Assembly (NCBI GenBank): GCA_947629545.1
Contig: CANREE010000002.1
Span: forward strand, 5,084-69,083
Length of the DNA: 64,000 bases
Reading direction: 5' to 3'
From: an uncultured Lachnospiraceae bacterium
GTDB taxonomy: Bacteria > Bacillota > Clostridia > Lachnospirales > Lachnospiraceae
Below the pieces are notes generated by a model. It worked only from the letters and a program-made list of their open reading frames with translations. It did not search any database and had not been told where the DNA came from. Shown here piece by piece: positions 10,049 through 19,334 of the stretch; position 1 is the first letter of the stretch; every line of letters starts with the position of its first letter. A program made the position numbers and the translations under genes.

Positions 10049-11158
10049 ATGACAGGAGACAGACCCGACCATCCCATTGCAGTGACCCGTTCATCGCTTC
10101 CACTTCTGGAGGAATATGTGGAGATGCTCAAACCGTTGTGGGAGAGCGCATGGCTGACCAATATGGGGGAATATCATAAACAATTTGCCGGGCTGCTGAA
10201 GGAATATCTGCATACGCCGAATCTGGAATTATTTGTCAATGGGCATATGGCACTGGAACTGACGCTTCAGGCGATGAATTTAAGCGGCGAGGTCATTACC
10301 ACGCCTTTCAGTTTCGCGTCCACGACCCATGCGATTGTGCGCAACGGCCTGACGCCGGTTTTCTGTGACATTAATCCTGTGGATTACACATTGGATGCGG
10401 ACAGGCTGGAGAGCCTGATCACGCCGCGTACGACGGCGATCGTGCCGGTACATGTCTACGGACATATTTGCAATGTGGAGAAGATCGGTGAGATTGCCGG
10501 GCGGTACGGGCTGAAGGTTATTTATGATGCTGCCCATACCTTTGGAGAGACGTATGATGGTCGGGGAATTGGGCAGTTTGGCGATGCGTCCATGTTCAGC
10601 TTCCATGCGACGAAGGTATTCCACAGTATCGAGGGCGGCGCCGTCGCTTTCCGCGATGAGGCGCTGGCGCCGGTATTGTATGAACTGAAGAATTTTGGAA
10701 TTACCGGGTATGAACGCGTGGATTCGGTGGGTGCGAATGGAAAAATGAATGAGTTTCAGGCGGCGATGGGCATTCTGAATCTCCGACGTGTGGATGCTGA
10801 GATCGGGAAACGAAAGGCATTGGCGAAACGCTATCGGGAGCGCCTTTCCGGTGTGGAGGGGATCCGTCTGAGTCCCGAAAACCCGCGCGTTCGATATAAT
10901 TATGCTTATATGCCGGTGGTGTTCGAAGGATACAGGAAGGATCGCGATCAGGTTTTCAGGGAGCTGGCGGAGCATGATATCCACGCACGGAAATATTTTT
11001 ATCCGTGCATTAATGATTACGATTGTTATAAGGGCCGGTTCGACGCGGCGGCGACGCCGGTGGCCCAAAGAATTTCCCAACAGGTGCTGACGCTGCCGCT
11101 GTACGCGGATCTGGAGCCGGAGATCGTTGATCTGATCTGCGATCTGATCCTGCGGTAA
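10049..11158 (+). CDS. DegT/DnrJ/EryC1/StrS PLP aminotransferase, VioA-like (nucleotide-4-amino-4,6-dideoxyhexose synthesis)
   Basis: WLTNMG, TPFSFAST, VHVYG, YDAAH, FSFHATKVFHSIEGG (PLP Lys), NGKMNEFQAAMG, RKYFYP. Confidence 0.9.
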   Translation: MTGDRPDHPIAVTRSSLPLLEEYVEMLKPLWESAWLTNMGEYHKQFAGLLKEYLHTPNLELFVNGHMALELTLQAMNLSGEVITTPFSFASTTHAIVRNGLTPVFCDINPVDYTLDADRLESLITPRTTAIVPVHVYGHICNVEKIGEIAGRYGLKVIYDAAHTFGETYDGRGIGQFGDASMFSFHATKVFHSIEGGAVAFRDEALAPVLYELKNFGITGYERVDSVGANGKMNEFQAAMGILNLRRVDAEIGKRKALAKRYRERLSGVEGIRLSPENPRVRYNYAYMPVVFEGYRKDRDQVFRELAEHDIHARKYFYPCINDYDCYKGRFDAAATPVAQRISQQVLTLPLYADLEPEIVDLICDLILR

Positions 11159-11184
11159 TACAGGAAGAAACAGGAGCTGCCAAG

Positions 11185-11880
11185 ATGACATCGATGAAAA
11201 GGCTGCTGGTGGTCATACCGGCATTCAATGAAGAGGCGAATATTGAAAGGGTCGTGGATGAGCTTGTCCGTGTGTGTCCGCAGTTTGATTATATCGTAGT
11301 CAATGACGGCTCCACCGACCGTACGGCGCAGATCTGCCGGGAGAAGGGTTACCATCTTCTGGATCTGCCGGTAAATCTGGGATTGGCAGGCTGCTTTCAG
11401 GCCGGGATGAAATATGCTTACAGGCAGAATTATGACTGTGCGGTCCAGTTTGACGGCGACGGTCAGCACAGACCGGAATATATTGAGCCGATGCGGAAGA
11501 AAATGGAAGAAGGATACGATATTGTGATCGGCAGCCGCTTTGTGGAGGGCCATAAGGATGCGTCGATACGTATGATCGGCAGCAGGCTTCTTTCGGCGGC
11601 GATCGGTCTGACGACCGGCGTAAAGGTGACGGATCCTACTTCCGGAATGCGGATGTTCAGCCGGGATATGATCCGGGAATTCGCACTGAAGCTGAATTAC
11701 GGGCCTGAGCCGGATACGGTATCGTATCTGCTGAAACAGGGCGCCCGTGTTGCCGAGGTTCCCGTGATCATTGCCCCCCGTCTGGGCGGTGAGAGCTATC
11801 TGAAGCCGACCGTTGCCGCTGGGTATATGATACGGATGCTGCTGTCAATACTGATTATACAGGGCTTTCGGAAACGGTGA
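11185..11880 (+). CDS. GT2 polyprenol-phosphate-sugar synthase (DPM/GacI-like)
   Basis: IPAFNEE, VNDGSTD, LPVNLGL, QFDGDGQH, VIGSRF, TDPTSG. Confidence 0.88.
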   Translation: MTSMKRLLVVIPAFNEEANIERVVDELVRVCPQFDYIVVNDGSTDRTAQICREKGYHLLDLPVNLGLAGCFQAGMKYAYRQNYDCAVQFDGDGQHRPEYIEPMRKKMEEGYDIVIGSRFVEGHKDASIRMIGSRLLSAAIGLTTGVKVTDPTSGMRMFSRDMIREFALKLNYGPEPDTVSYLLKQGARVAEVPVIIAPRLGGESYLKPTVAAGYMIRMLLSILIIQGFRKR

Positions 11881-11933
11881 GCATGAACGCCCGCGGGGGA
11901 ATACAGATTTTCAGGGCCGTGAAAGGAGTTTTC

Positions 11934-13265
11934 ATGTCCGATATCCTATCGCGCTGGTCGGCCCTTCTTATGGGGACCGGTGAGCGCAGGGAAAAACAGA
12001 ATATCATCTGGAATATGGTAGGAAGCTTCTGCTATGCGCTTGCCAGCATGGTTCTCTCCTTTCTGGTCATGCGGATCGCCGGAGAGGATGAGGGCGGGAT
12101 TTTTGCCTTTGGTTACAGTACCCTCGGCCAGCAGATGTTTATTGTCGCGTATTTCGGGCTGCGCCCTTTTCAGATTACCGACGGGCGCGGTGAATATCGT
12201 TTTGGCGATTACCTGCACCATCGTTTCCTGACCTGCGGCGCGGCGCTTCTGGCCGGTGCAGGTTATCTGCTGATCAGCGGCTACACGCTTCGGAAGTCGG
12301 TTATTATCTTTCTGCTGATCTGTTATAAAGTGATCGATGGTTTTGCAGATGTGTATGAATCCGAATTCCAGCGGCAGGGTCATCTTCACCTGACCGGCAA
12401 GTCCAATACATTTCGGACTGTTTTGACAGTAACGGTGTTCCTGACGACGCTGATATCCGGCCGGTCGCTTCTGGCGGCCTGTGCGGCGGCGGTGGCGGCC
12501 CAGACCGTCGGCGTACTGCTCTTTGACGCGGCGGTGATCCGGCAGCTGCCATCAGTGGCCGCGGACTGGGACCGAAAGCGGCTGCGCCCTCTGACAGGCG
12601 CGGCGTCGCTGCTGTTCGTATCGGTGTTTTTGGATTTTTATATTTTTTCGGCAGCCAAATATGCGATCGACGCTTATATGGACGACGCGTCATCCGGCTA
12701 TTTCAATGTCATTTTTATGCCTACGTCGGTGATCAATCTGGCGGCGGGGTTCGTAATCCGGCCGGTCCTTACCAGCCTGACCGGATATTGGACAGAGATG
12801 AAATTCGGTAAGTTCAGAAAGGTGCTGTGTCAGATCTCCGGGCTGATCGGCGCGTTGAGTCTGTTGGCTGCGGCGATGGCCTGGCTGCTGGGACGGCCGG
12901 TACTGGGGATTTTGGAAATGCTTCTGGGAAAGACCTACACAGGACGGCTGACGCGGTATGGACTGCCGTTTGTGCTGGTGGTACTTGGGGGCGGATTCTA
13001 TGCTTTTTTAAATCTGTATTATTATGTACTGGTAATCCTGCGCAGGCAGAAGGTGATATTTATGATCTACGCAGTAATGACAGTGCTGGCAGTGTTTTTG
13101 GCGCCTGCAATGGTGCAGCAGGGAGGTATTTATGGCGCGTCCCGCGCGTATCTGGCGCTGATGGTGCTGATGGCCGTGGGTTTCGTGGGCTGCGCGTGGC
13201 TGTGTGTGGTCCGCGATGAGAATCGCCGCTCGAAAGAGGAGCGGGAGGACTTTCCGGAGCGGTGA
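11934..13265 (+). CDS. MOP-family flippase / polysaccharide biosynthesis membrane protein (GacK-like position)
   Basis: Polytopic hydrophobic protein; WNMVGS, FGLRPFQITD, KYAID, FMPTSVINL; AAAGGAG RBS before ATG 11934. Confidence 0.8.
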   Translation: MSDILSRWSALLMGTGERREKQNIIWNMVGSFCYALASMVLSFLVMRIAGEDEGGIFAFGYSTLGQQMFIVAYFGLRPFQITDGRGEYRFGDYLHHRFLTCGAALLAGAGYLLISGYTLRKSVIIFLLICYKVIDGFADVYESEFQRQGHLHLTGKSNTFRTVLTVTVFLTTLISGRSLLAACAAAVAAQTVGVLLFDAAVIRQLPSVAADWDRKRLRPLTGAASLLFVSVFLDFYIFSAAKYAIDAYMDDASSGYFNVIFMPTSVINLAAGFVIRPVLTSLTGYWTEMKFGKFRKVLCQISGLIGALSLLAAAMAWLLGRPVLGILEMLLGKTYTGRLTRYGLPFVLVVLGGGFYAFLNLYYYVLVILRRQKVIFMIYAVMTVLAVFLAPAMVQQGGIYGASRAYLALMVLMAVGFVGCAWLCVVRDENRRSKEEREDFPER

Positions 13266-13296
13266 AAAGTGGCGGAAAGGAAGAAGGAATGGGATT

Positions 13297-14262
13297 ATGG
13301 AGACAGAGACGGTATTTGATAAAGGTCATCCAGACATTGATGTGATCATTCCGGTATACAGGCCGGATAAGCGGCTGGCGCAGCTTTTGGCGATGCTGGA
13401 GAAGCAGACCTGTCCGGTCAGTCGGATCATTATTATAAAGACGGAAAAAGACGGCTGGAACGAAGGCAGTTTTCGGAAGATTCCGAATCTGGAGATTCAT
13501 TACCTGACGAAAGAGGAGTTTGATCACGGCGCGACCAGGAATCTGGCGGCGGGATATTCGAAGGCGGATATCATGATCTTTATGACCGACGACGCGGTTC
13601 CGCAGGACAATCGGCTGGTGGAACGGCTGGCAGCGGCCTTAGATCAGCGGGGACCGAAACGGGAACCGGCGGCTGTTGCTTACGCAAGGCAGCTTCCGGC
13701 ACGCGGCTGCCGGACGATCGAACGGTACACGAGGAATTTCAACTATCCGGATGAAAGCAGGATCAAGACGGCTGACGATCTGCCGAAGCTGGGGATCAAA
13801 ACATTTTTTGCTTCCAATGTCTGCTGTGCCTATCGACGGGATATTTTCGAGAAGTTGGGCGGTTTTGTGGATAAGACGATATTTAATGAAGATATGATCT
13901 ACGCGGCGAAAGCCGTAAAGTCCGGCTATGCGGTCGCATATGCGGCGGACGCCAGAGTGATTCACTCCCACAATCTGTCATTTCGCCAGCAGTTCCGGCG
14001 GAATTTCGATCTGGGCGTCTCTCAGGCGGATCATCCTGAGGTATTTGCCGGTGTGCCGTCGGAAGGTGAGGGAATCCGGCTGGTAAAGCAGACAGCCGGG
14101 CGGCTTGTGAAGACCGGCAGGTGGCTGCTTCTGCCGGCGCTGGTGATCGGAAGCGGATGTAAGTTTCTGGGCTACCGGCTGGGGAAGCAGTACCGGTTCC
14201 TGCCGAAACGGCTTATTCTGAAATGTACCGGAAATCCGGATTACTGGAAAGAGAGGGACTAG
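13297..14262 (+). CDS. GT2 glycosyltransferase (rhamnosyltransferase-like)
   Basis: DVIIPVY, FDHGATRN, FMTDDAVP, FFASNVCCAYRR, IFNEDM, VIHSHN, RNFDLG. Confidence 0.88.
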   Translation: METETVFDKGHPDIDVIIPVYRPDKRLAQLLAMLEKQTCPVSRIIIIKTEKDGWNEGSFRKIPNLEIHYLTKEEFDHGATRNLAAGYSKADIMIFMTDDAVPQDNRLVERLAAALDQRGPKREPAAVAYARQLPARGCRTIERYTRNFNYPDESRIKTADDLPKLGIKTFFASNVCCAYRRDIFEKLGGFVDKTIFNEDMIYAAKAVKSGYAVAYAADARVIHSHNLSFRQQFRRNFDLGVSQADHPEVFAGVPSEGEGIRLVKQTAGRLVKTGRWLLLPALVIGSGCKFLGYRLGKQYRFLPKRLILKCTGNPDYWKERD

Positions 14263-14265
14263 GTT

Positions 14266-14712
14266 ATGATGACGGTGACATTGCGGATAGCGCTGATCCT
14301 GGTGTCGGTAGGGACGTTGTTTCTGATGATGCGCCGGATCCGGCAGTCCAGACTGCAGATCGAGAGTGCGGTTTTTTGGATCGTGCTCGCGCTGGTACTG
14401 GTGGTGTTCAGTCTGTTTCCGGCGGTAGCGGATCTGGCGGCGCATTGTCTGGGGATTTATTCAACGGCAAACTTCCTGTTTCTGTTTGCGATCTTTGTCC
14501 TGATCGTGAAGGAATTTTATACGACGATCCATATTTCGCAGCTGGAGATGAAGATTCAGGAGCTGGTGCAGCAGATGGCGCTGGATGAAAAGGAAAACCA
14601 GAAAGAGAAGGCGCGGATCCAGGAATGCCTGTCCGGGAAAACGGAAGGAAAGAAACAGGCGGATGAAGCGGTATCCGGGCCGCGAAGCCGGGAAGAAGGA
14701 CGGGAACCGTAA
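14266..14712 (+). CDS. DUF2304 family small membrane protein (GacJ-like)
   Basis: Three TM segments; RRIRQSRLQIESAVFW, LGIYSTANFLF, ISQLEMKIQELVQQMAL coiled tail. Confidence 0.85.
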   Translation: MMTVTLRIALILVSVGTLFLMMRRIRQSRLQIESAVFWIVLALVLVVFSLFPAVADLAAHCLGIYSTANFLFLFAIFVLIVKEFYTTIHISQLEMKIQELVQQMALDEKENQKEKARIQECLSGKTEGKKQADEAVSGPRSREEGREP

Positions 14713-14766
14713 TGACAGCGGCGCGGGATTACGATTGCGGCAGTAAGACATACAGCGGAGGAACGG

Positions 14767-16467
14767 ATGGATAAGAAACACGGAATGGGAACAATCGGAG
14801 CGATGGCGGCGCTGGTCATAATTGCCGGGTTGTGGCATCTTCAGGATGTGCGGGCCGGTGCGGCGGCGACCGGTGATCTGTGGCTGACGGGCTGGTATCT
14901 GGTCCTGTGGGTTCTGGTACTGTGCGCTGCGATCGTCTTGGGCTGGTTGTTTCTGCGGCAGACGGCCGGGCGGCAGTGGCGTCTGGAGAAGATCTATCCG
15001 GCGGCGGGTCTCGGCCTTGGTCTTTTGTATCTGTTTGTGCTGCCGCCGATGTCTGCGCCGGATGAGATCAGCCATTATATTACGGCTTATGAACTTTCAA
15101 GCCGTATGCTGGGGCTGCCGCCGCAGGCGGAGAATGGGCGTGTGCTGGTACGGCTGCAGGACTGGTTTCTGGAAGATGTGCGCGGAGACTATGTGTGGGA
15201 GCCAGACGGGGCGTATTGGAAGAGAGCCGCCGAAGTCGGAAAAACGGACAAAACGGCGGCAGATTCTGATCCGGTCGTTTTGGGTGGCAGGCTCGATGAA
15301 AGTACCTACCGCGCTATTTACCATACTGTGGTCAGGGGGATTGACACGCCGCAGGAACAGGCAGCCCGTTCTGCAGGGCTGCCGGATACGGCTATGGCTG
15401 AGTCGGCGTATGATACGGTGAATACGACGCCGGCCGCATACCTGCCCCAGACTGTCGGTATGATACTGGCCCGTCTGTTCCGTCTGGACAGCGTCTGGCT
15501 GGCCTATCTGGGGCGTTTTACAAATCTGCTGTTTTTTGTGGCGATGACCTGGCTGGCGATGCGGCGTCTCCCATTTGGAAAGGAAGTTCTCTTCGGTGTG
15601 GCGCTGCTGCCGATGACTTTGCATCTTTCGGCGTCGTTTTCCTACGATGTGATGATTTTGGCGTGTATGTTTCTGTTTACGGCGGTCTGTCTGGATCTGG
15701 CATATACAGGGAAACAGGTACGTGTGCGGGATGTGGCGCTTTTGACGGTGCTCATGGCGGCTGCCGGACCATGCAAGATGATTTATGCGCCGATGATGGG
15801 ACTGTGTCTTCTGATTCCGGTGAAGAAGTTCGGAGGCTGGCGGAACTGGCTTGCGTCTGCGGTGTTGGTGGGCGGCGCGTGGGTCGCTGCGATGGCGTTG
15901 GTCAATGCTGATGTCGTAAGTTCTTACGCCGCCGTAGAGGAAGCGGTTCATCCGGTCAGCAAAGAGGCGGGCTTCAGCCTGAAATTACTGCTGCATCAGC
16001 CGCTGCTTACGGCACAGATGTTTTACAATACCTTTCTGCACCAACTGGATGAGTTCCATATGACGATGATCGGGTCTCAGCTGGGGAATCTGGATCCGGT
16101 ACTGAATGTGCCGTATTTTCTGGTGGTGTTTTATTCAGCCGGTCTTGTGGCGCTCGCGCTGCGTGTACCGGGGGAGCAGCTTGTGATCACCGGCGGACGG
16201 CGGCTGTGGATATTCGCGGTCTGCGCGGTCTGTTCGATGGCGGCGCTGCTGTCTATGCTGATCGCCTGGACACCCAGAAGTTCCGCGGTTATTGAAGGCG
16301 TTCAGGGCAGGTATTTTCTGCCGTTTCTGCCTGTGTTTCTGATGGCCTGCAAAAACGACAGGTTCGTTTTGACAAAGAATGGAAACCGTAGTATATTGTA
16401 CATGATGTGCTGCGCCAATCTATATGTGGTGCTGCGCTTATTCAGCGTCGTGTGTCTGCGGGTATAG
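14767..16467 (+). CDS. DUF2142 GT-C-fold membrane glycosyltransferase (GacL-like)
   Basis: PPMSAPDEISH, YLPQTVG, GRFTNL, LLPMTLHLSASFSYD, EGVQGRYFLP. Confidence 0.85.
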   Translation: MDKKHGMGTIGAMAALVIIAGLWHLQDVRAGAAATGDLWLTGWYLVLWVLVLCAAIVLGWLFLRQTAGRQWRLEKIYPAAGLGLGLLYLFVLPPMSAPDEISHYITAYELSSRMLGLPPQAENGRVLVRLQDWFLEDVRGDYVWEPDGAYWKRAAEVGKTDKTAADSDPVVLGGRLDESTYRAIYHTVVRGIDTPQEQAARSAGLPDTAMAESAYDTVNTTPAAYLPQTVGMILARLFRLDSVWLAYLGRFTNLLFFVAMTWLAMRRLPFGKEVLFGVALLPMTLHLSASFSYDVMILACMFLFTAVCLDLAYTGKQVRVRDVALLTVLMAAAGPCKMIYAPMMGLCLLIPVKKFGGWRNWLASAVLVGGAWVAAMALVNADVVSSYAAVEEAVHPVSKEAGFSLKLLLHQPLLTAQMFYNTFLHQLDEFHMTMIGSQLGNLDPVLNVPYFLVVFYSAGLVALALRVPGEQLVITGGRRLWIFAVCAVCSMAALLSMLIAWTPRSSAVIEGVQGRYFLPFLPVFLMACKNDRFVLTKNGNRSILYMMCCANLYVVLRLFSVVCLRV

Positions 16468-16535
16468 GCAGACGATAAACGCCGCCGTTCAGAGGCGGAA
16501 TAATGTGGTAACATACAGGAAAGGAGAGACCAGTT

Positions 16536-17090
16536 ATGGGCAAAATAAAAGTGACCCCCTGTCAGATCGAGGGTTTGTATGTGATCGAGCCGGAGATCCA
16601 CGAGGACGCCAGAGGATATTTTATAGAGACTTATAATCAGCGGGATTTTGAGGCTGCGGGACTGAACATGGTTTTTGTCCAGGATAATCAGTCTATGTCG
16701 GTAAAAGGGGTGCTTCGGGGGCTCCATTATCAGAAGCAGTATCCGCAGGGAAAGCTGGTACGGGTGCTTCGCGGCAGGGTCTTTGACGTGGCCGTGGACC
16801 TGCGTGCCAAGTCTCCGACTTATGGACAATGGTTCGGTGTGGAACTTTCTGCGGAGAACAAGAAGCAGTTTTATGTGTCGCCCGGCTTTGCACATGGATT
16901 TCTGGTGTTGTCGGATGAGGCGGAGTTTGCGTATAAGGTGACGGATTTTTATCATCCGGGCGACGAAGGCGGCCTTGCGTGGGACGATCCGGAGATCGGT
17001 ATTGTGTGGCCTGTCGAAGAGGGAATGGAGCTGATCTTCTCGGAGAGAGATAAAAAATGGGGCGGCCTTGCGGAAACATTTAAGTTTTAA
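16536..17090 (+). CDS. rmlC: dTDP-4-dehydrorhamnose 3,5-epimerase
   Basis: DARGYFIETY, FVQDNQS, GVLRGLHYQ, QGKLVRV, DVAVDLR, GFAHGF, WDDPEIGIVWP. Confidence 0.96.
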   Translation: MGKIKVTPCQIEGLYVIEPEIHEDARGYFIETYNQRDFEAAGLNMVFVQDNQSMSVKGVLRGLHYQKQYPQGKLVRVLRGRVFDVAVDLRAKSPTYGQWFGVELSAENKKQFYVSPGFAHGFLVLSDEAEFAYKVTDFYHPGDEGGLAWDDPEIGIVWPVEEGMELIFSERDKKWGGLAETFKF

Positions 17091-17119
17091 ACGGCCGGCA
17101 AAACAGTTGGAGAAAGACG

Positions 17120-17932
17120 ATGAACTATCTGGTGACATTGACAAAGGATCTGGTGCGTCGGCGAAAGCTGATCTGGGATCTGGCGAAATCCGATTTTCGG
17201 AAGCGCTTCGTGGGGTCTTATTTTGGTGTGATCTGGATGTTCATACAGCCTGTTGTGACTGTGCTCATCTATTTCTGTGTGTTTCAGCTGGGTTTTAAGA
17301 ACGCGCCGCCGATTCCGGGATATCCGTATGTGCAGTGGCTGATTCCCGGCATCGTACCATGGTTTTATATCAGCGAGGCACTGAATGCAGGAACCGGCTG
17401 TCTGCAGGAGTATAATTATCTGGTTAAAAAGGTCGTCTTCAGGGTAGAGATCCTGCCGGTCATCAAGCTGCTCTCCTGCCTGATGGTCCATGTGATCTTT
17501 GCGATGATCATGGTGGTTGTGTTTCTGTTGTATGGAACATTTCCGCGGTTCAGCTGGCTGCAGGCCGTGTACTATTCGCTGGCGGCTACGATATTTTCGC
17601 TGGGGGTCGTGTATTTTACCAGCGCGGTCAATGTGTTTTTCAAGGATATGGCGCAGATCGTGAGCATTTTCCTGCAGGTATGGATGTGGGTGACGCCGAT
17701 CATGTGGGATCCGGCAATGTTTTCGAATCATCCTGCCTGGCTCGATATGGTGCTGCGGCTGAATCCGGTCTGGTATCTGGTGACCGGTTATCGCGACAGT
17801 ATGCTGACCGGCACCGGTTTCTGGGAGAGACCGTGGATAACGGTCTATTTCTGGGCGGTTACCGCAGTGCTGTTTCTTTTGGGACTGAAAGTATTCAAAC
17901 GGCTGCGGCCGCATTTCCCGGATGTGCTGTAG
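17120..17932 (+). CDS. wzm: Polysaccharide ABC transporter permease
   Basis: DFRKRFVGSYFGVIWMFIQP, YLVKKVVF, VTPIMW, LNPVWYLVTGYRD. Confidence 0.92.
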   Translation: MNYLVTLTKDLVRRRKLIWDLAKSDFRKRFVGSYFGVIWMFIQPVVTVLIYFCVFQLGFKNAPPIPGYPYVQWLIPGIVPWFYISEALNAGTGCLQEYNYLVKKVVFRVEILPVIKLLSCLMVHVIFAMIMVVVFLLYGTFPRFSWLQAVYYSLAATIFSLGVVYFTSAVNVFFKDMAQIVSIFLQVWMWVTPIMWDPAMFSNHPAWLDMVLRLNPVWYLVTGYRDSMLTGTGFWERPWITVYFWAVTAVLFLLGLKVFKRLRPHFPDVL

Positions 17933-17942
17933 GAGGAACTTC

Positions 17943-19334
17943 ATGGAGAATGCCATCATCGTAAAAGATGTGACAAAAGTTTATAAATTATATGACAAGC
18001 CAATCGACCGCCTGAAGGAATCCCTGCATCCTTTCCATAAGGAGTATCACAGGAAATTCTACGCGCTTCATGGGCTGACATTTTCCGTGGAAAAAGGCCA
18101 GACCGTTGGGATTATCGGCACCAACGGCTCCGGTAAATCGACAATCCTTAAGATTATCACCGGTGTTCTCACGCCAACGACCGGAGAGGTTACGGTGAAT
18201 GGTACGGTGTCGGCGCTTCTGGAACTGGGCGCCGGTTTCAATATGGATTATACCGGCATAGAGAATATCTATATGAACGGCAGTATGATGGGTTTTTCAC
18301 GCAGGGAAATGGATGCGAAGCTGCAGGATATTCTGGATTTTGCGGATATCGGCGAGTTTGTGAACCAGCCGGTGAAGACCTATTCCAGCGGTATGTTCGT
18401 TCGGCTGGCGTTTGCACTGGCAATCAATGTGGAGCCGGAGATATTGATCGTGGATGAGGCGCTGTCGGTTGGAGACGTGTTCTTTCAGGCCAAATGCTAC
18501 CGGCGTATGGAGGAGATCCGAAAGAAGGGGACAACGATCCTGATGGTGACGCACGACATGGGCAGTATCCTCAAATACTGCGATAAGGTGGTGTTGTTAA
18601 ATAAAGGCAGTTTCATTGCGGAAGGAACTGCCGGGCATATGGTAGATCTGTACAAGAAGATTCTGGCGAATCAGATGGAATCGCTGGAGGAGGAACTGGC
18701 GGCGGAGAGAACAGGGACGGCGCGTCAGGGAAACGGGGCCGGCGGAATAGCGGATGACGGCGTAAGCGGAGAGATTGGAGGCTCGCCGGTTCGCAGCCGG
18801 GAATCCCGTCCGTCGCTCATGAAGGATAAACTGGCCGTCAATCCCAACCGCACCGAGTACGGCGACGGCCGTGCGGAGATCTGCGACATGGGGCTTTTTG
18901 ACGGGCGGGGAAATCTGACAAATCTGCTCCTGAAAGGCGAGAGATTCACAATCCGTGAAAGGATCCGTTTCCATGCGCCGATTCAGATGCCGATCTTCAC
19001 ATATACGATCAAAGATAAAAAGGGAACTGAGCTGACCGGCACGAATACGATGTATGAAGGCACGGACATTCGTCCTGTGTCGGATGGCGATGAATACGAG
19101 GTTTCATTTACGCAGAAGATGACGCTGCAGGGGGGAGAGTATCTGCTGAGTATGAGCTGTACCGGCTTTGAGATGGGGGAACATGTGGTTTATCACAGGC
19201 TTTACGATGTGCTGAGCCTGACCGTGATCTCGAATAAGAATACGGTGGGAGTCTATGATATGGAATCAGAGGTTCAGGCAGAGAAGATAAAAAACGCAGG
19301 AAAAAACCTTACAAATAGGACGGGAATATCATGA
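17943..19334 (+). CDS. wzt: Polysaccharide ABC transporter ATPase with C-terminal carbohydrate-binding domain
   Basis: Walker A GTNGSGKS, YSSGMFVRLAF, IVDEALSVGD; ~180-aa C-terminal Wzt_C-like domain; AGGAGG RBS. Confidence 0.93.
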   Translation: MENAIIVKDVTKVYKLYDKPIDRLKESLHPFHKEYHRKFYALHGLTFSVEKGQTVGIIGTNGSGKSTILKIITGVLTPTTGEVTVNGTVSALLELGAGFNMDYTGIENIYMNGSMMGFSRREMDAKLQDILDFADIGEFVNQPVKTYSSGMFVRLAFALAINVEPEILIVDEALSVGDVFFQAKCYRRMEEIRKKGTTILMVTHDMGSILKYCDKVVLLNKGSFIAEGTAGHMVDLYKKILANQMESLEEELAAERTGTARQGNGAGGIADDGVSGEIGGSPVRSRESRPSLMKDKLAVNPNRTEYGDGRAEICDMGLFDGRGNLTNLLLKGERFTIRERIRFHAPIQMPIFTYTIKDKKGTELTGTNTMYEGTDIRPVSDGDEYEVSFTQKMTLQGGEYLLSMSCTGFEMGEHVVYHRLYDVLSLTVISNKNTVGVYDMESEVQAEKIKNAGKNLTNRTGIS

